From assembly GCA_030390025.1 (NCBI GenBank), contig CM059433.1, positions 17,920,001-17,984,000 on the forward strand: a DNA stretch of 64,000 bases. Reading direction: 5' to 3'. Each line of letters begins with the position of its first letter. Position 1 is the first letter of the stretch. Made by a program: the position numbers and the translations under genes. Under the pieces are notes generated by a model. It made no database searches and was not told the origin of the DNA. It was given only the letters and a program-made list of their open reading frames with translations. The stretch is from Squalus acanthias (taxonomy: Eukaryota). Shown in pieces: positions 25,549 to 37,994 of the stretch.

Positions 25549-26755
25549 CATCTAGCAGCCAACCTTGTACTCTTCTTTCTGACTCAAATAATGGAGAAAC
25601 CATGAAATGCCTCAAGGTGAAAGGATTGTGACTGTTGCCTGGGAACAGGACATTGACCCTCATTATTCTGTGCTGATTGTCACAGGTGACTTGCACATCA
25701 ATGGAGGGTAGCCCTTACAGATTATGAATATGGGCCACATGGATCCCATCAACAACACTTTGGACTCTGGGAAATCCCGCCATATGGAAAGAATGTACAG
25801 TGCTTCCATGCTTTTGTTGGTTGCCCACAGGGGGATGTGTTAAACTGATGTGCTCTTGCAAACAACACAGCAATCACTCACTTTAGACAACCATGCATTG
25901 CGATTAATGTCCCCTGTGGAAGCCTGGAAGGAACTTGAGTCGTAACAATCGAGGGCTGTGGTGACTTTGACAGCCACTAGCAGTGCTGTGCCTGTGGTGG
26001 AGTTTGGCTGGAGGTCAATTTGCAGCTTGCGGCTCAACTCAGTCACAGCCTCTCTTGTGAGTGTTGCCTACAAAGGCACAAACAAACAAATCCAAGTTTA
26101 ATGCACCTATGTAATTAGATGTAAGTTGTTGGGTAATAGTGGGTGCAGAGGTTGTAACTCTGTTGAAGCTCATCTATTGGGCATCCCTCTTTTGCTTCTC
26201 TCCTTCTTCTAAATTACATAAAGATAACAGGATTCCCATTGAGACAGCTGTGCCATCAATTAAAATGGCCAAAACATATGGCACGGCCAAAACCTTTGCC
26301 AGAAAGTTAATCACAACAAAATAGTGCCAAATACTTAAAGTAGATAGTGCATGCATCCTGAGATCTTGAAAGGTGCAATATAAATGCAAATTTGTTATTT
26401 CTTTAAAGTGCTGTTTGTGTGATCGGTGCTGCTATGAGGCTCCAGCCTGGGAGCAGAGCCTCACATAATGTCCTTGTTCGAGTATGTCAGGAGTTTTAAT
26501 TTCGGGGTGAAATGGGTACTTTTACGGTAACAACTTTTTAAAAAAGTGATGGTAAAAATAATTTCCTATTACAAAGCAATTCATACAGCTTTGCTATAGC
26601 TGGTCTATTACAGTCAGTAGATCTCCTGACACAGCACCTCATTATAACTTGCATTTACTGGATGGGCAAAACATGCATATTACGATATCCTGTGCCCATT
26701 ACTAAGCCAGTAACTTAGTTTAGCTTAAATTATATGGCTCTAAAGTAAATACTCA

Positions 26756-26885
26756 GGAGTAGAATTTCCGCAGCGGTCTCCCGATCGTCATGGCAACTTC
26801 ATTGGAGGATCCGCGGAAACAGTGTAAACCCCATTTCCTCGGCTCCTCCGCTGAAGATATGGCAATGATCAGGAGAACCCCTACC
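26756..26885. mobile_element. Short palindromic MITE relic
   Basis: Imperfect fold-back (TCTCCCGATC...GATCAGGAGA, GGAGGATCCGCGGAAA...TTTCCTCGGCTCCTCC). Confidence 0.45.
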
Positions 26886-27388
26886 TAACTTAATGGCATC
26901 CGTGTCTGTACATTTTGGTTTCAATCTTCGGGCTCTGTTACCATGACAGCATACGAACATACAAAATTATCGGGCAAGAAAAGACCAGCTGGTCCATCAA
27001 GCCTGCCCCACAGCATGATGGCCAGACCATCATGACTAAATGTTCCTTTCCACCGCCACCCACCCCACCACTTGCCTACCGCCCCACCTCCCCACCCACC
27101 CCCTGCAGCCATGTAATCTCCTGGGAGAGGCAAAAAAACTGTGATAAAGTGCCAATAAGGGAAATAATAGTCTAGAAAATTCATCTCCGACCCCCTCAGG
27201 TGATCGAAACCAGTCCAGGAGATCACATGGACCACGTGTTCTATAAAGACGCTTCTATATGATGCGATCTCTGCCCCAGTCAGGAACTGGTTCTGCTCCC
27301 TCTTGGAGGCATGTGGAGAGTCAGCACCCACCACACTATGATCAGGAGTCCAGGCCCTGATGTATTCTAATATAGATTAGGACATGTA

Positions 27389-28223
27389 GGGCTGGCTTTT
27401 GCCAATGGGGAGCTTTTGGAGGCGGGACTCCCACTTGTCGGGTTTCAGTCCCGCCTCCAACAACTTCTGGCCAATCCACGCTATTTTCTCTTGATTGACC
27501 TCGTTAAGCCCGCCCAGCAGGCTTAGCAGGCCAATTAAGGGAAAGCCGGTGACAGAGAACGTCAACGTATGACGTTTCATCTGTAAAAAAATTTTGACAG
27601 ATGAATTGTCATCGTTTGACAGCTCTGTGAAGCTGTCAAACACTGACATTCTCTGTTGTTTGATGAGTTCTTGAATTCAAGACCTCATCAAACCTCTTTC
27701 TTTTGTAGAAATTAGATGGTTGTTGCATTGGAGAATGCAACGGCCATCTGTCATCTCTACTGCGGAGGTGCGAGACTCTCCGCATACCCACCGATTGAAG
27801 CCTACAGGAAGAAACAAATGTAAGTAAACTTTTTCTAACACTTTGCACTTACCTCAGATACTCAACTCTCCACACTTGCACCCATCACTCACCTCCACAG
27901 CACACTTTTGGACCCCTCCGACCCCCGCAGACCCACTACTCGCCTCGGTGATCCTGGCGGGGTTCGGAGCCTTCGGGAAGCCCGCACTTGTGTGGGCAAA
28001 ATGGGGATAATCCTCTTATCTGCCTGTTAATTACCTGTTAACAGGCAGTTAAGTGGCTGTAATCCCTTCCCACCTCCAAGGAGACGGGACCCGGCGCGGG
28101 ACAGCTACCCGCCTCCTGGCAAGATGGCATGGAGGCGGGTTGGGGGGCGGGATGGGCACCCGCCCCCAAATTCTGCCATTTTCCCGGCAGTCCCGCCTCC
28201 CCAGGGCTGGCAAAATCCAGCCC
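27389..28223. mobile_element. PIF/Harbinger MITE, family A, opposite orientation to 474 and 59799
   Basis: TIRs GGGCTGGCTTTTGCCA...TGGCAAAATCCAGCCC, TSD GTA. Confidence 0.88.
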
Positions 28224-29684
28224 GTAATTTTAGTAGAGATGCTCCTGTTCTTTGTGTATGGTGGGAGTGATCTTTGGGGTAGTGACACAGAGCGAAACAG
28301 TATTATGAATGTTGGCAGAGATATCAGATAAAATTTTCCAATATATCAGTACCACGCAAACCATTTTCCACTGGGTATCTAAACAGATATTAATTTGCAC
28401 ATGAATTATGTTAATCATAAGCATGTTGGAAAAATATTTCAGCCTGCTCATGATTTTCCTTTTTTAAAGTGAATGCAGCGATGACAGCAAAGCATCGCAG
28501 CCCTTATCATTGCCATGCCCAGTAAAATATGCTTCAGACCCCTGTGCTTCCTCTGAATACAGATCAAGCTACATCTTTAATGGGACGTGCCTTCAGCTGT
28601 GTGATATCGTATTATGTAGGGGAGCAGGTTAGAATTCATTAACTAATAGTATTTTTAATCTGACCAGCACTTTGTTACTTGTTTAGAATTCCATGATGCC
28701 CTGTACTCTCGCACTATTAGAGTTCAGTTGTTAAAACCTCTAAATACTGCCAAGGCACACTGAAGTATTTTAATCAGACGATTACCACCAGCAGTAATAA
28801 ATGTACTTAATTTCATCAGATGCTAATTCCTACTGTCTCTCCAGAACATAGTCTTCAAGGCAAAGTTCTTCACCTACAGTTGTTAATGCAATTCCTGCAA
28901 ATTGTTGGGCTTAGTATGGAGTGTGCAAGTGGGGATCCAGAAAACCAGGCCAAGAATCTCTTTCACAGGACTCCTGCCCGATTCATGCGGCTCCTGATGC
29001 TCAAGCTGATCCCTTTTGGCTGGCCATTGATTTCCACACGGTCCCCAGCACTTACACCCACCCACACCTATATAGGGCCAATGGCACTAACCATTCACCA
29101 TTTCCACTGAAGTCAATTACAAGGGTGCCACGCTTATAAGACATTAAGCGCGCCGCCTGTTTCGGACTTGTTGCATTCCGTACATGTGTATCCCACAAAA
29201 CTCCGAATCATTGTTCCATTTACTACAGTTGAATACTGTTGTCATGAAAGTTATTTCTAATTGTGAGCAGCAGAATGCCCAGAAGCATTGGGTTTCTCTA
29301 TTGAGCAGAGCTGTCCAATTAGAATTAGCACCATAAATCATTTGTTTCTTGGTCGTTTGCAAATGCGGTTTAGTCTGAATTCGATGCTTTTCCCCCCTTA
29401 TTGTATTTGTCATTCTTGTTACTATAATTGACAAGGGGTCAGCTAAAGAAAGCAAGAATTGTCGATGCAGTTTTACTGTCCACTTCATACAGTGGGCAGA
29501 TCGTGTTAACACCAATGCGCCTGCTATAAGTTGTGTATTATGATGCAATAAAATGTATGTTAAGCCACAGCACCATTCCATGTCTGTTTAAGATGGGAAA
29601 TCGCGCTGTGCCCTCTGTGGAGTGAGCGTAAAGGGGAGCTCCAGCTACAATGGAGCTTCGAAAGAGACCGTTTTTCTTTCCATT

Positions 29685-30113
29685 GGTGGCATAGTGGTTA
29701 GCACTGGTGCCTCACAGCGCCAGAGACCCGGGTTCGAATCTGACCTCGGGTGACTGTCTGTGTGGAGTTTGCACATTCTCCCCGTGTCTGCGTGGGTTTC
29801 CTCCGGGTGCTCCGGTTTCCTCCCACAGTCCAAAAATGTGCGGGTTAGGTTGATTTGGCTATGATAAATTGACCCTTAGTGTTAGGGAGGGATTAAATAT
29901 GTGGGGTTATGGGGATAGGATGGGATATGTTAGGGGGAATTAAATACGTGGGGTTACGGGGGTAGGGTGGGATATGTGTACCGTGGGGATTAAAGCAGGG
30001 ACAGGGTACTGGATTTGGATGATCAGCCATGATCGTATTGAATGGTGGAGCAGGCTCGACGGGCCGAATGGCCTACTCCTGCTCCTAGATTCTATGTTTC
30101 TATGTTTCTATGT
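29685..30113 (+). mobile_element. tRNA-derived V-SINE (HE1-like) with a CR1-derived 3' tail
   Basis: A box TGGCATAGTGG, B box GGTTCGAATC, V-domain gtggagtttgcacattctccccgtgtctgcgtgggtttcctccggg, CR1 3' UTR and (ttctatgt)n tail. Confidence 0.88.
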
Positions 30114-30699
30114 ATTTTCATCTTTCGTACATTTTTTTAGTGCTCTTTCAGAATTGTTATTTGGTTCCTCATTTTTTTGCTTTGTGTTTTAAATTTTATT
30201 TTAGAAATTTTTCGTAAATGTAGGCAATCATTACGCTGAAATATAACAAGAGTTGAATGTCTGCAAAATCGCTGGAAAGCCGCTTGTAATTAAAGCATTT
30301 ATAAAAGGACAGCAGAGCAGGAAGAGATTAAAAGAAGAGGAGACATATAAAGGGGCTCTTGAAATTCAAACTTTCAATGGCGTTCTGGGGGGGTGCGGTG
30401 GGGAAGGATTGAAGTGCATACGTGTATCCTGCAGGGTCATTAGGTGGTTACTAAGCCAAGTTGCAGTTAATCATTGGGAGTGGTTTTACAAGGACCCTTC
30501 TGGATCCATAAAATATAAGGTTGAAAGAGTTTTGGGGTCATTTTTGGAGGAGCAATGCCAGGATAGATGGGCAGAGCCTGGATAGATGGGCAGAGCCTGT
30601 GTGGCACACGCTTCAGCCCAGAGCAGTTTTCTCTGACAACTCTGTCATCACACAATTGTGTTAGCCACCGGGGCAAATTTATGCTGCAGCTAGCTGTTA

Positions 30700-30990
30700 T
30701 ATCTGTCTATATAGCCTCAACCTGTCACATTAACACCACCTCTTGCCTTGATCATCTCTTAATGTCTCTTAATCTCTCCTTTTGTTCTTTCATCCCCTCC
30801 CCCTTTTCCCAGCTTTATCCTTGCCTTAAATCTATTTCATTTCCTGCTATTTCCAGTTCTGACGAAAGGTCTTCGACCTGAAACGTTAACTCTGTTTCTC
30901 TCTCCACGGATGCTGCGTCGCCTGCTGAGTTTTTCCAGCGTTTTCTGTTGTTATTTTGGATTTCCAGCATCTGCAGTATTTTGCTATCGT
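30700..30990 (+). mobile_element. Penelope-like element terminal fragment with a hammerhead motif
   Basis: Repeated family in this window (also 4325, about 9990, about 11822, 39341). Contains CTGACGA...GAAA. Confidence 0.65.
30855..30891 (+). ncRNA. Minimal type I hammerhead ribozyme motif (Penelope type)
   Basis: AGTT-CTGACGA-A-AGGTC-TTC-GACCT-GAAA-CG-TT-AACT. Stem I AGTT/AACT, stem II AGGTC/GACCT, palindromic AACGTT. Confidence 0.72.
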
Positions 30991-31494
30991 CTCGCTGTTA
31001 TATCTCTTGTGCAAACTTACAATGTGTTTATTTTTCATGTGAATAGTTTTTGTTATCAATAAATTTGTAGTGTCTGGCTTTGTCAATAATGCAATTACAT
31101 CAATGACGAACATCCAGGAGAAAAACTAAACAAGAGGATGCAATCAGAATTCTTTGTAATGGTTTTAATTTTTTATAAAGGATGTTGACGCTCCCAAGAG
31201 TGGTATAATTATTTCTTAAAGTAGAGGTATAAAGGAAATAAGCATTTCTAATGGTTAATAAACTAAATAATATAACATTTAAGACAGTGATAATGTGAAG
31301 AAAGCAAATGGATCCTGTATAAAGCAGGGCCGTAGATTTATTTTATGCTTTTGTGGAACTGTACAGCTGTATTTATTTTGGTAAACTTACACCAACTTGC
31401 AAAGCAAAGAAACCCGACAGTCGTTTTATTTTTCCAGTTTGAATTCGTTTCTGGATATATTGACGTTACTGTTTTCATTCACTCTCATTGCATT

Positions 31495-31600
31495 ACAATC
31501 CTACATTACAACTGTGACTACACTTCAAAAGGACTTAATTGGCTGCAAAATGCTCTGGGATGTCCTGAGGTCGTGAAAGGCGCTATATAAATGCAAGTCT
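31495..31600 (+). mobile_element. DeuSINE 3' tail fragment ending about 60 nt upstream of exon B
   Basis: Reverse-complement match to 4848-4950. Confidence 0.75.
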
Positions 31601-31659
31601 TTCTTTCTATCCTTCTTTCCCTGACTTTGTGCTTCTACCTGTTTTCTTTTTATTTGCAG

Positions 31660-31807
31660 CCAGAGCTACCTACAATCTGGGATTGAGGTGACCATCAACC
31701 ACAGTTTAGATCCCGCCACCAACGAGAACTCCCCCAAGTTCCGCTCGAGAAATCAGAGCTACATGAGAGCTGTGAGCACCCTGAGCCAAGCTAGCTGCGT
31801 CAGTCAG
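31660..31807 (+). CDS. DLGAP2: DLGAP2 internal coding exon B, 148 nt, phase 2 to 0
   Basis: Polypyrimidine tract, ttgcag|C acceptor, CAG|gtaagg donor. Joins exon A in frame (AA|C = Asn). Translates QSYLQSGIEVTINHSLDPATNENSPKFRSRNQSYMRAVSTLSQASCVSQ (SAPAP repeat RSRNQSYMRAV). Confidence 0.95.
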
Positions 31808-33176
31808 GTAAGGTCTGGTCCTGAGGGAAAAAACATCTCCCCAATCTCAGCCTCTTGATATGAGTCAACGGCAGAAGCCATTTGCTGCCCTGATCAATCT
31901 CAACAGAGTTTAAACAAGGAGAGAATTAAGACTGTGAAGTGAAAGCCTTGATCAAAACAACGACATGTAATTGTGTGGATTCAAAATCAGCTTTTCTCAT
32001 CAAGGTGAACTTTATCGTTTATCAGTTTAAAATAAGTAAATGCTCCTTGATCTAAATAGTTGCAAGTGCAAAGCCATTTATTTAGCACTAGGGATGAGCA
32101 TAGATCCAGGCTGATTTAAATTAATCCAGATTGGCTGGTTTAATTCGACTAAACTAAAACCATGTTTTGATTTTAAGAAGTTAGTTTTGTTCCTTTTTTA
32201 AAAAAAAAATGAAAAACCTTGTGAGATTCTTTGTCTTTGTCGAAATTTGAAAAGAATTCCTCTTATCTTGTGCGATTGCCGCAATGAGAACATCATGTTA
32301 TCCACCTAGAGCAAAATGGCAGTCGAGGAGCATAAACAGGGATATTGATTATCTGCCAGATCCACAGTCTCAGCATTCATCCAGGAGAGCCAGCAAAATT
32401 GGAACGCTTTTTGACCATTCGATTAGCCTGGAGACTAGCCCTCATGGGAACTTCTTAATTATCATGAGAAGCCTGGAATATTAGCTTTGGGAAAACCTTC
32501 TCATAAAGCCTGCAATAGTCTCAAAGGTGGGCCTTCGGGCATTAGTCTGTCATCTTTCCATGAAATATAGAGTACTGTGTATAGGGACAAACCTCAATCC
32601 AAGAAGCGTGGAGGACCAATCACTGGGGACAGCTTTAGTAACCATCAGTATTGATCAGAGAGGAAATCTATTTGAAAAAAAAAATATGAGGAATCATTGA
32701 TGTTAGACATTTCCAGTGCTGATGCAAGTGTAAGTAAGGCTGTAGTATAAGTTAGATGCCCTGTATTGGTGATAACTGTCGATAGTAGGATTACTTAGGC
32801 TAGTCATAATGATGGGGAGAGCGGTACTTCAAATGTCTGGTGTGTTTTAGTGGCTTCTGTTGGTTTCAGCTATACCAAACTAAGTCATCCAATCTCAGTG
32901 AATCACAGTCACCATAACTAATGCTATGACGAGCAGCTTGAAGGATAACTAGTGGGAGTCCTAGTGGATGTTTCATTTGGTGAAAAACAAGTAAACCTTT
33001 TTTAAATTTAAAACGTTACGGTGAAATTCTGTTAAAGCAAATGTTTTTCTTCACCACGACACAATGGTTAATGAAGGACTTTAAACCTTGAGGAAATTGA
33101 ACCCTGATAAGGATAATTTAGCCCATCACCTCGAGTTTCTGTTACTGGGTTTTGACTTCCTTTGTAAAGACATAAT

Positions 33177-33937
33177 GGCCTGGAATTTGCGGTGGATAAT
33201 AACAGTGAATGAACAACGTTCGCTGTCATTACCCCTTTGAAACTGAACACAACTTCAGGATTCAGCGCATGTGCATCCTAATGTGGAAATCCTGAAGTTG
33301 TGGTCAGTCATTCACTGCTCCGACACTGGCTGCGTTGAGCTCCCCCTGCCCCCGCACCCCACCCCACCCCCCCCCCCGCCCCCGAACTGCCATAGCCGGC
33401 AATCAGTGTAATCAGGGACATCAGTGAAACTGACGAAAACTTGGGCTTTTCCGCTGTTAAATATCCCATTAAAAGTGAGGCCCTTTTGGATTAGGTGTAA
33501 CTGGAGTTTTAACAGCGTATTGACTGGTAAACAAACGTTATGGACCTGAAAAACAAATTTTAATTTTGTGGAGTGTCAAATTTATCCATTTTAATAAAAA
33601 TTAAAATTTTTAAGAAACATTAAAAAAAAATGTTAAAGTTTGTTCATCTTTATTTCAGGTTTACCTTTTCCCCATGTGAGAGCCCCAGTCTTTGTTTTGC
33701 TCTGTCTAACTTTTTTAAAAAGTTACAATAAAAGGAGCTTATTCACTTCCTGGCGAGAATTCTGGATTGTGATTGGCTGCTTAGACAGCTTGTTGCCATC
33801 ACAGCAGCTCACGTTAGGGATTCCCCATTAACTTACACTGATCTCAACTGAATGTCGGAAAAGCTGAACTTCTCGCCACGGAGATCGCGAGATCGTTGTG
33901 GGCAGCTTGCTTTGCCGCTGACCGCAAATTACGGGCC
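33177..33937. mobile_element. PIF/Harbinger MITE, family C
   Basis: TIRs GGCCTGGAATTTGCGG...CCGCAAATTACGGGCC, TSD AAT. Confidence 0.87.
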
Positions 33938-34227
33938 AATGATGATTATTTCACAATTGCACAAGGCTCAATCAGATCACTTCCCATTGAGTTTGACTGG
34001 GACAGTCTTAAGCTGCTGAAATCCCTTTTCCTTTCATTAGCTGAGTAGCAGAATGAAACCTCCAAATTGTCACCTTGCTGTTGAAGAATAAGCTTAAACC
34101 AAGTGCATACAGCCTTGAATCGAATCAATCTTGTTCGGCTCAATTATATCAAACTACCCATGTCAAAATAAGGCAAAGCTTGTGCTACTCCTCTCAACAT
34201 GACAGAATGTGCACGTGCTTATAGAGA

Positions 34228-34564
34228 AGCATAGAAGATAGGAGCAGGAGTAGGCCATTCGGCCCCTCGAGCCTGCTCCGCCATTTAATGAGGTCATGGC
34301 CGATCATCCAAATTCAGTACCCTGTCCCTGCTTTCTCCCCATATCCCTTGATCCCTTTAGCCTTAAGAAATATATCTAACTCCTTCTTGAATATATTTAA
34401 TGAATTGGCCTCAACTGCCTTCTGTGGTAGAGAATTCCACAGGTTCACCACTCTCTGGGTGAAGAAATTCCTCCTCATCTCTGTCCTAAATGGCTTACCC
34501 CTTATCCTTAGACTGTGACCCCTGGTTCTGGACTCCCCCGACCATCGGGAACATCCTTCCTGCA
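34228..34564 (-). mobile_element. CR1 3' fragment, same subfamily as 62284-63100
   Basis: RGHSLRIRGKPFRTEMRRNFFTQRVVNLWN; nearly identical to 62292-62623. Confidence 0.9.
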
Positions 34565-35427
34565 ACAAGTGGAACATTTTAATTGTTACTTTTAAAGCTG
34601 GTAGCACTGAAAATTCTTTGATTGTAGCACTGGGAAAAGTTAAAAAAGGGCTTTTCTGTCCAGGCTTCCAGTGCAGTCAGAACGTTATATATCTCCCTCC
34701 TGGAATTGGCCTGAGGCTTCAAATCGCATGCACACATTCGCTCTATATTCAGCGTCTCACTAGCAAAACAGCTTGTTTTCACCAATTTTATCAGAAATTC
34801 CCACTTCCTGTTCCCACTACTTCGCCATCAGTCAGTGACGCCTGATGTGGCTTCAAATGGCACTGAGTTAACTGCAGCAGTCACGTGTTTGGGATTCACT
34901 GTGACTCAAGTTGAGTCTACACTCACACTTTGGACCACTAGGAAGTTAAGCTTTTAAAATGGTTTATATGTTCAATAGCGTGTTAACAATAAGAGCTCCG
35001 AAATTCCTGAGGAGGCTTTGGGGGGGCACAGATGGGAACTTCCACCTGTCCACTCTGGAGAAAGCTGACTCTAATGCCAGGGTTCAAGCTATTTTAGTAT
35101 AACTTGGGCGGATGCCTGTTCCGTTTCCGATGTAACTGGGGTGCCAGCCTGGGTGGAGGGAGGAATTTCCCTGTGGCACCTCGCTGCAGCGTCAGTAGAC
35201 CCACAGGGCTTGGGAAACATCAAAAACAAATTGGCAATACTGCTCCTGCTACCTTCTGCCTGTGTAGGAAATTCAGTCAATTACAGTGCAAAAACCAACC
35301 TGGGAATTCCAGAACTCCACTGGACCCCCTCTCCCAACCCTAGCAACACTGGATTGCAGGGACTCAAAGGTGTCCAGTGTTGCGAAGGATGTAAATGGTG
35401 CAAATGTAGAGGGTGCAAAAATGAGTT

Positions 35428-35810
35428 ACAAGGATGATACCAGAACTGCGAGGTTATACCTATCCGCAAAGGATGACCAGGCTGGGTCTCTTTTCTCTTG
35501 AAACTTGTGGGGAAGAGCGAAACCACGGAGGCCATCAATACAAGATAGTCACCAAGAAATCAAATGGGGAATTCAGAAGAAACTTCTTTACCCAGAGAGT
35601 GGTGAGAATGTGGGACTCGCTACCACAGGGAGTGGTTAAGGCGAATCGCATAGATACATTTAAGGGGAAGCTAGATAAGCATATGAGGGAGAAGGGCATT
35701 GAGGGTTATGCTGATGGCGTGAGATGACGATGGGTGAAGGTTCGGGTGGAGCGTAAACACCAGCATAAACTGGTTGGGTGGAATGGCCTGATTCTGTGCT
35801 GTGTATTCTA
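35428..35810 (+). mobile_element. CR1 3' fragment
   Basis: MIPELRGYTY...FRRNFFTQRVVRMW...GYADGVR followed by 3' UTR. Confidence 0.87.
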
Positions 35811-36166
35811 CATTAAAAAATGAGGAAAATACACTGGATACTGTATTTTACTTATGTGCATTCTGTAGAAATGTGGAAAATAAGTTATCTGGCGAATTAT
35901 GTTACATTACCCTCAAACATACTGAGATTTAAGATGAGGTCAAAAAGGGGCAGGTTCTATCCCAAATTCCCAAATTACACTCCGAAAACAGCCAGTAAAA
36001 TCCATTTAAAATATTGAGTGACAGCACAGCTTTAATTGACCCAAGGCACTTATTTAACTGGGGCAATACTGGTTCTAATGTCCATGTTTCTATATTTGCA
36101 AAGCAAGAAGAAAAGAAAAAGCTTTAAATTGACCGCTTCTATTTCATTATTGATTTTGTTTCTCAG

Positions 36167-36386
36167 GTGAGTGAAGCAGAGGTCAATGGACAGTTTGAGT
36201 CAGTTTGCGAGTCTGTTTTCGGAGAAATTGAATCGCAGGCAGTGGATGCCTTGGATCTTCCTGGCTGCTTCCGCACACGAAGTCACAGTTACCTGCGCGC
36301 CATTCAAGCTGGCTACTCACAGGATGACGACTGCATCCCTTCAATGTCATCTGCGATTATGGCCTCCTCCATGAGAGCCACGACAG
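36167..36386 (+). CDS. DLGAP2: DLGAP2 internal coding exon C, 220 nt, phase 0 to 1
   Basis: Acceptor tctcag|GTG and donor ACAG|gtgact. Translates VSEAEVNGQFESVCESVFGEIESQAVDALDLPGCFRTRSHSYLRAIQAGYSQDDDCIPSMSSAIMASSMRATT (SAPAP repeat RTRSHSYLRAI). Confidence 0.95.
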
Positions 36387-36462
36387 GTGACTGCGCTGGT
36401 CTTTCACTTTCGTTGCACCTGATTTCTTCCCCTTGTCGTAGAGAAGGTCTGTTGTAAACGTT

Positions 36463-37113
36463 GGCCCCCAAATACTCTCGGCCATTCCAGAAAACGTCCG
36501 TCGGCAAAGCCAACAAAACTCGGCTGAGATCCAGATACGCCAGGTCCCGGTCTTAAGGCAGAATTTTATGTATGGCCTTCTGGGAGCGGAGCCTCTGCCT
36601 GCCCCTGCAAGGCCATTGACATAAGGGGGCAAGGAACCCCTAGATCAGTGGTTTGCATGCTCCAACTCTCAGTTGGATCTCAACGATTGGCAGTGGTACG
36701 CCTGGTCTCAGCAGACGTACCTTGCCCAAAACCGATGGAGCTGGGTCTCACCTGCTGGGCCAGGCTGGGGTTGGGGCCTGGACGCTCCCCCCTCCCCCCC
36801 TCCCCCTAAAGTTGGGGAGATGCAAAAGTTTGTTTTTTATTTATAGCAACTCCCTTTGTAAGCTGATTAAGGAAGCAGATAGGTTATATTTCTGCGGGGG
36901 AGAGGGGGGATCCCACAGTCCATTTCTGCCAGCCAGCTTCCATCAGCATTTCCAGTGTCTTTAACAGGGTGGCATACAGTTGTTCCCACAACACCACTGA
37001 AGGTCTAGTCCTGGAGAGTGGAGGCTCCACCCCTTCCCCCGGTGAGCAGGTCAGTGGCGAAGTTCCAAGGCAGGTGCAATCTGGGACTGTGCCCATAAGG
37101 AATTTTACGGGCT
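36463..37113. mobile_element. Degenerate Harbinger-like MITE 76 nt downstream of exon C
   Basis: GGCCCCCAAAT...ATTTTACGGGCT termini, GTT/ATT flanks, GC-rich island. Confidence 0.45.
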
Positions 37114-37994
37114 ATTTTCTCTGATAGCTGTGATCAAGAGCCTTTTCCACACATGTTCTTCATTCTGTTCTGAACTTGGCTAACGTTCTCACTAGCTTTT
37201 ATAGCCAATTATGTCCCAAGACATTGTATAATAACACAAATATAGCGAGGCTGGCTTTAGATCCACGTCTTTGTGAAGCTGGGAAATCTGACTGTTAAAC
37301 CCTTCCATCCCCCAGCAGACGTCAGAAATATTGAGTCGCATTTACATATCAGTGACTTTGTTTGAGAATTCCATTGTTTAATAGGAAAGAAAGGGGATAA
37401 ATGGAAAATATTACAGGGGATATCACCGAATTTCCTGCCCTTGAGTTGAACCAGAACAAAGGAGTGGGTGTGAACCAAAATATGACTCATGAATTATTAA
37501 AAATTAATCATAAGGTGGCAACTACAATTGTGTGAGCTACAAACAACAGCATTCAAACAATTTAAAAATCAAATCAGTGCACAGTTTTCCTTATTTAACA
37601 GCCAAGACGTACCAGAGACAAATTTGAAATTGAAATGCATGTTAAATTTGTCAAAACTAAAAGACGACCTTGTCCGTCTGTAATAATATATTGAGCTAGT
37701 AGCTAGGGCTTGCCTATCTATTTGGACTCCTAACCTCTTGTATTCACACCCACAACCTGAGCCAAGTAATAACCATAATTATATAAATATGTAATGTTAC
37801 GGTTTGAGGTTTTTGTACTAGATACTTCTCTCAAATTCGGCATTCCAGTCCTCTCCCAGACGTGACCCTCTGCTCCCTACATCCTAGGGTATTTCCTTAT
37901 TGCCCTAAATCTAGGTAAATGTAGCAAGCCCAGGGGCACGATTCTCACTATACTCCATGTACCACCACGTGACCTCCTCAATTTTGGAAAAGTG

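Larger units (their letters stand above)
23330..26085 (-). pseudogene. Decayed PIF/Harbinger (HARBI1-like, DDE_Tnp_4) transposase, split by a CR1 insertion at 23619-25548
   Basis: Collinear motifs with stops and frameshifts: LTREAVTELSRKLQIDLQP..TALLVAVKVTTALD, AGFPRVQSVVDGIHVA, VQVTCDNQHRIMRVNVLFPGNSHN, GWLLD|EKGYCLQP*LM..WYNKVHATMRIIIE, LKQHFKCLDRS. Confidence 0.82.

Noticed and set aside
29685..29760. tRNA gene (also 5230-5304 on the minus strand)
   Set aside because: The A/B boxes run directly into SINE body and LINE-derived tail, so these are SINE heads.
36387..36457. ORF-track extension of exon C (GDCAGLSLSLH...)
   Set aside because: DLGAP2 similarity ends at the ACAG|gtgact donor; the rest is read-through into the intron.
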